DNA from: an uncultured virus (IMG/VR IMGVR_UViG_3300024239_000112)
Taxonomy: Duplodnaviria > Heunggongvirae > Uroviricota > Caudoviricetes
Strand: one strand, 5' to 3'
Virus record (IMG/VR): IMGVR_UViG_3300024239_000112
DNA length: 64,000 bases
Numbering within the stretch: position 1 is the first letter of the stretch; each line of letters opens with the position of its first letter. A program made the position numbers and the translations under genes. The notes beneath the pieces are model-generated. The model ran no database searches. It saw only the letters and a program-made list of their open reading frames with translations, and had not been told where the DNA came from. Below, piece after piece: positions 61,682 through 64,000 of the stretch.

Positions 61682-64000
61682 TCAGTTCCCCAGGATCACG
61701 TTGACATAGTTGCTGTCCGCGGCGGTTGCTGCGTTGTACGCATAAGTCGTCAGCTTCAAGTTGGTACCGTTACCGGCCTGCGTCATAACGATCCGGTTAC
61801 CGTTGGTCATGGCTACGGCGGGCTTGTTGTTTTCCACATCGCCAAACGCACCAGCGATCGCGTAGACACCCACGGCCTCCCGGCTCACATTCAGGCCAGC
61901 CGTGTTGCGGAGCATCGTGATCGCCCCCGCACCGTTAAACGTGCAGGAGCCGCCGATCAGCCCGGTGTGCGAGTTGTTGGCCTGTACCAACCAGCCGGCC
62001 CAAGCGGCGGCGCCCAGCTTACTTCTGGACCAGATGACGCCATTAGGGTCGTAGTGGATCTGGAACAGGTGGGTACCGTCGTTGTAAGTCTTGATAATCC
62101 CGGCTTTAGCCTGGAAGAAGTTGAATGTGCCGGTAGTGTCCGCCGAAACCTGAGTCTCGACACCATTCGCCGTTAGGTTGTCGATGTTTACGGCAGTTGG
62201 CCCGAGGGCAACGCTGCCGTAGGCAATTGCACCATCAGTCCAGATGCCGTTCGTGCCGATACCGCCTTGCAGCGCACCGGACTGATACACATACAGCCCC
62301 TCGCCAATCGCGGCATTCGCGCTGGTGTGGCTGCCGCGAATCCAGGAGAGGCCGAAGCTATTCGCAGGGTTATACGCTACGCCCTGCCCTGCCCCGTCAT
62401 AGTTAGAACCCATGCCCCAAATATTCGCGCCCCAGTCCGCGCCTGAACCGTTGGAGTTGGCGTAACCCCCATGGATGCCCATCGGCGCCTCAACCACTCC
62501 GGTCAAAGTCCCGCCGGCCAACGGCAGTTTTGTTGCATCGGCTACGGTGATGTTCGCGGTGCCGTTGAAGCTGACCCCGTTGATGGTTCTGGCAGTCTGC
62601 AGGGCAGAGGCTGTTGCAGCGTTTCCAGAGCATGAAATCGCCCAAGTACCGGAGGCCCCGCCGCCTGTCTTGGTCGGCGCACGGCTCGCAATCTCAGCCA
62701 CCGCATAGGCTGTTGAGGCAATCTGTGTGGTATTGGTGCCAACTGGGGCGGTTACGCAGGTGGAGGCGCCTGTCAGGGCAATTGAGTCGAAGTCGTTGAT
62801 AGCGTCGTAGGCGCCGCTGGCCGTGCTGAACACCAGCTTACGCTTACCCTGGGCTACTGCCACTGCGGCGCCGTTCGGTCCGCAGCGCACAGAGACAGAG
62901 AACGCACCAGTTGTACCGTTACTGATCGAGTAGATCCGGTTTGCAGTAGTTGGCAGCTCCACCACGAGCGCTGAGGTAAGTGCGCCGGACAGCGCGATAA
63001 CAGCATTCGCTGCCTCGTCCGAAGTCAGCACGCGGGTTCCGCCGGTCAGGCCAGCAAGGGCCAGCTGGCCGTTGACCACTGACTGCACAAACGCTGTAGA
63101 CGCGACCTGCGTGGTGCTTACCCCTGGGGACGCAGTTGGTACCGTCGGCGTGCCTGTTAGCGCTGGGGAAGTAAGCGGAGCTGCCCCCATCTCCGCCAAG
63201 GTCCAAGAGACGTTAGCGGACCCGTCGAAGGATTTGGCTGAGGCGCCCAGGGTTAGCGTGCGAGCAGACGCCAGCTTCGTAGCTGTGGCGATGTTTCCGC
63301 CCGCCTCCAGCTTGGAGTTCAGCTGCCCCTGAACCTTGCCGAACGCAGAGAGCACTGTGTCGGTGCTGGCCAGAGGCGCAGCGGTGCCTGCCAGGTACCC
63401 AGTCAGTACAGTAGACCGAACATTGTCCGCCAGGCCGTTGGCGGCGGCGGTGATCTGTGCCTGCAACTTACCCAGGCCGACCAGCAGACTGTCAGTAGCT
63501 ACGACCGCCGAGCCGGTGGCAGTGCTGAGGCCGGTGAGTACAGCAGCCCGGACGGACGCTACCAGATCCTTCCAGGTCTTGTCGCCTGCCCAGAACTGCG
63601 AGGAGGTACCGGCAGCGATGCTCGGCTCCTTGGTAGAGTCAGCAACGGTGATGTTTGCAGTCCCGTCAAAGGCCACGCCGTTGATAGTGCGCGCCGTAAC
63701 CAGCTTGGTCGCCGCCGCGGCAGTCCCTCCAACAGGCAGGGCGCCGATCTTAGCCGGAGTGACAGTGACCGTGCCGGTCTCTCCGTTTACCGAAGACACC
63801 GCCTCGGTGTTGTCGATTTTGTAGAACTGGTCGAGGTTCTTCGAGTAGACCAGGGTGTCACCAACCCCGTAGACCTCGCCACCCGCCGTGCCGCCGACAG
63901 TCACCTTCCAGAAGGCTCCGTTACTGGGCTTCGCCGGGTACGAGCCGGAGGATAGGTCGATGCCGCCAAGCTCCACCAGGCTGCCTGTAAGGGACGCGGC
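61682..64000 (-). CDS. Tail fibre protein, partial (start beyond the window)
   Basis: VSSVNG.TG.V, repeated ARTINGV.F.GTANIT and SPALTGTPT.PT modules; frame open to 64000. Confidence 0.88.
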   Translation of the reverse strand, partial: AASLTGSLVELGGIDLSSGSYPAKPSNGAFWKVTVGGTAGGEVYGVGDTLVYSKNLDQFYKIDNTEAVSSVNGETGTVTVTPAKIGALPVGGTAAAATKLVTARTINGVAFDGTANITVADSTKEPSIAAGTSSQFWAGDKTWKDLVASVRAAVLTGLSTATGSAVVATDSLLVGLGKLQAQITAAANGLADNVRSTVLTGYLAGTAAPLASTDTVLSAFGKVQGQLNSKLEAGGNIATATKLASARTLTLGASAKSFDGSANVSWTLAEMGAAPLTSPALTGTPTVPTASPGVSTTQVASTAFVQSVVNGQLALAGLTGGTRVLTSDEAANAVIALSGALTSALVVELPTTANRIYSISNGTTGAFSVSVRCGPNGAAVAVAQGKRKLVFSTASGAYDAINDFDSIALTGASTCVTAPVGTNTTQIASTAYAVAEIASRAPTKTGGGASGTWAISCSGNAATASALQTARTINGVSFNGTANITVADATKLPLAGGTLTGVVEAPMGIHGGYANSNGSGADWGANIWGMGSNYDGAGQGVAYNPANSFGLSWIRGSHTSANAAIGEGLYVYQSGALQGGIGTNGIWTDGAIAYGSVALGPTAVNIDNLTANGVETQVSADTTGTFNFFQAKAGIIKTYNDGTHLFQIHYDPNGVIWSRSKLGAAAWAGWLVQANNSHTGLIGGSCTFNGAGAITMLRNTAGLNVSREAVGVYAIAGAFGDVENNKPAVAMTNGNRIVMTQAGNGTNLKLTTYAYNAATAADSNYVNVILGN

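Noticed and set aside
61682..64000. Diversity-generating retroelement or invertible tail-fibre cassette
   Set aside because: No reverse transcriptase, TR/VR pair or invertase in the window; the repeats are diverged protein modules

Overview
This window is 64 kb of a GC-rich, temperate, tailed dsDNA phage genome, most likely infecting Pseudomonas. It appears to be in the free (non-integrated) form: attP is intact and no host genes are present. Layout: (i) 1-9840, minus strand, head and packaging genes (head-completion genes, major capsid, decoration protein, S49 protease with a nested scaffold start, portal, lambda gpA-like TerL, candidate TerS, HU-like protein); (ii) 9840-14340, a candidate lambda-like cos site, a strong sigma70 promoter, a ~660-nt densely base-paired RNA leader with two boxA elements, five early genes and an origin-like spacer; (iii) 14348-33958, about 55 small co-directional early genes, including ArdB/KlcA-like, Nmad5-like and DHFR genes, ending in xis; (iv) 33955-37610, a lysogeny module with a tyrosine integrase, an attP carrying a replacement 5' end and promoter for host lepA, and ArsR and RHH regulators; (v) 37718-59342, a nearly complete replication and nucleotide module (Dda-like helicase, AEP primase-helicase, SNF2 helicase, MazG-like protein, Acb2 anti-CBASS sponge, ThyA, PolA, exonuclease, dNMP kinase, resolvase, ligase, SbcCD); (vi) 59333-64000, minus strand, lysis cassette and tail fibre. 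A 14-bp palindrome, CCYRTAWWTAYRGG, recurs at about 20 sites, often as pairs 24 bp apart. The most notable observations are the large structured early RNA, this operator network with no recognisable CI in the window, and the lepA-restoring attP. All protein calls come from motif recognition by eye; no database searches were run.
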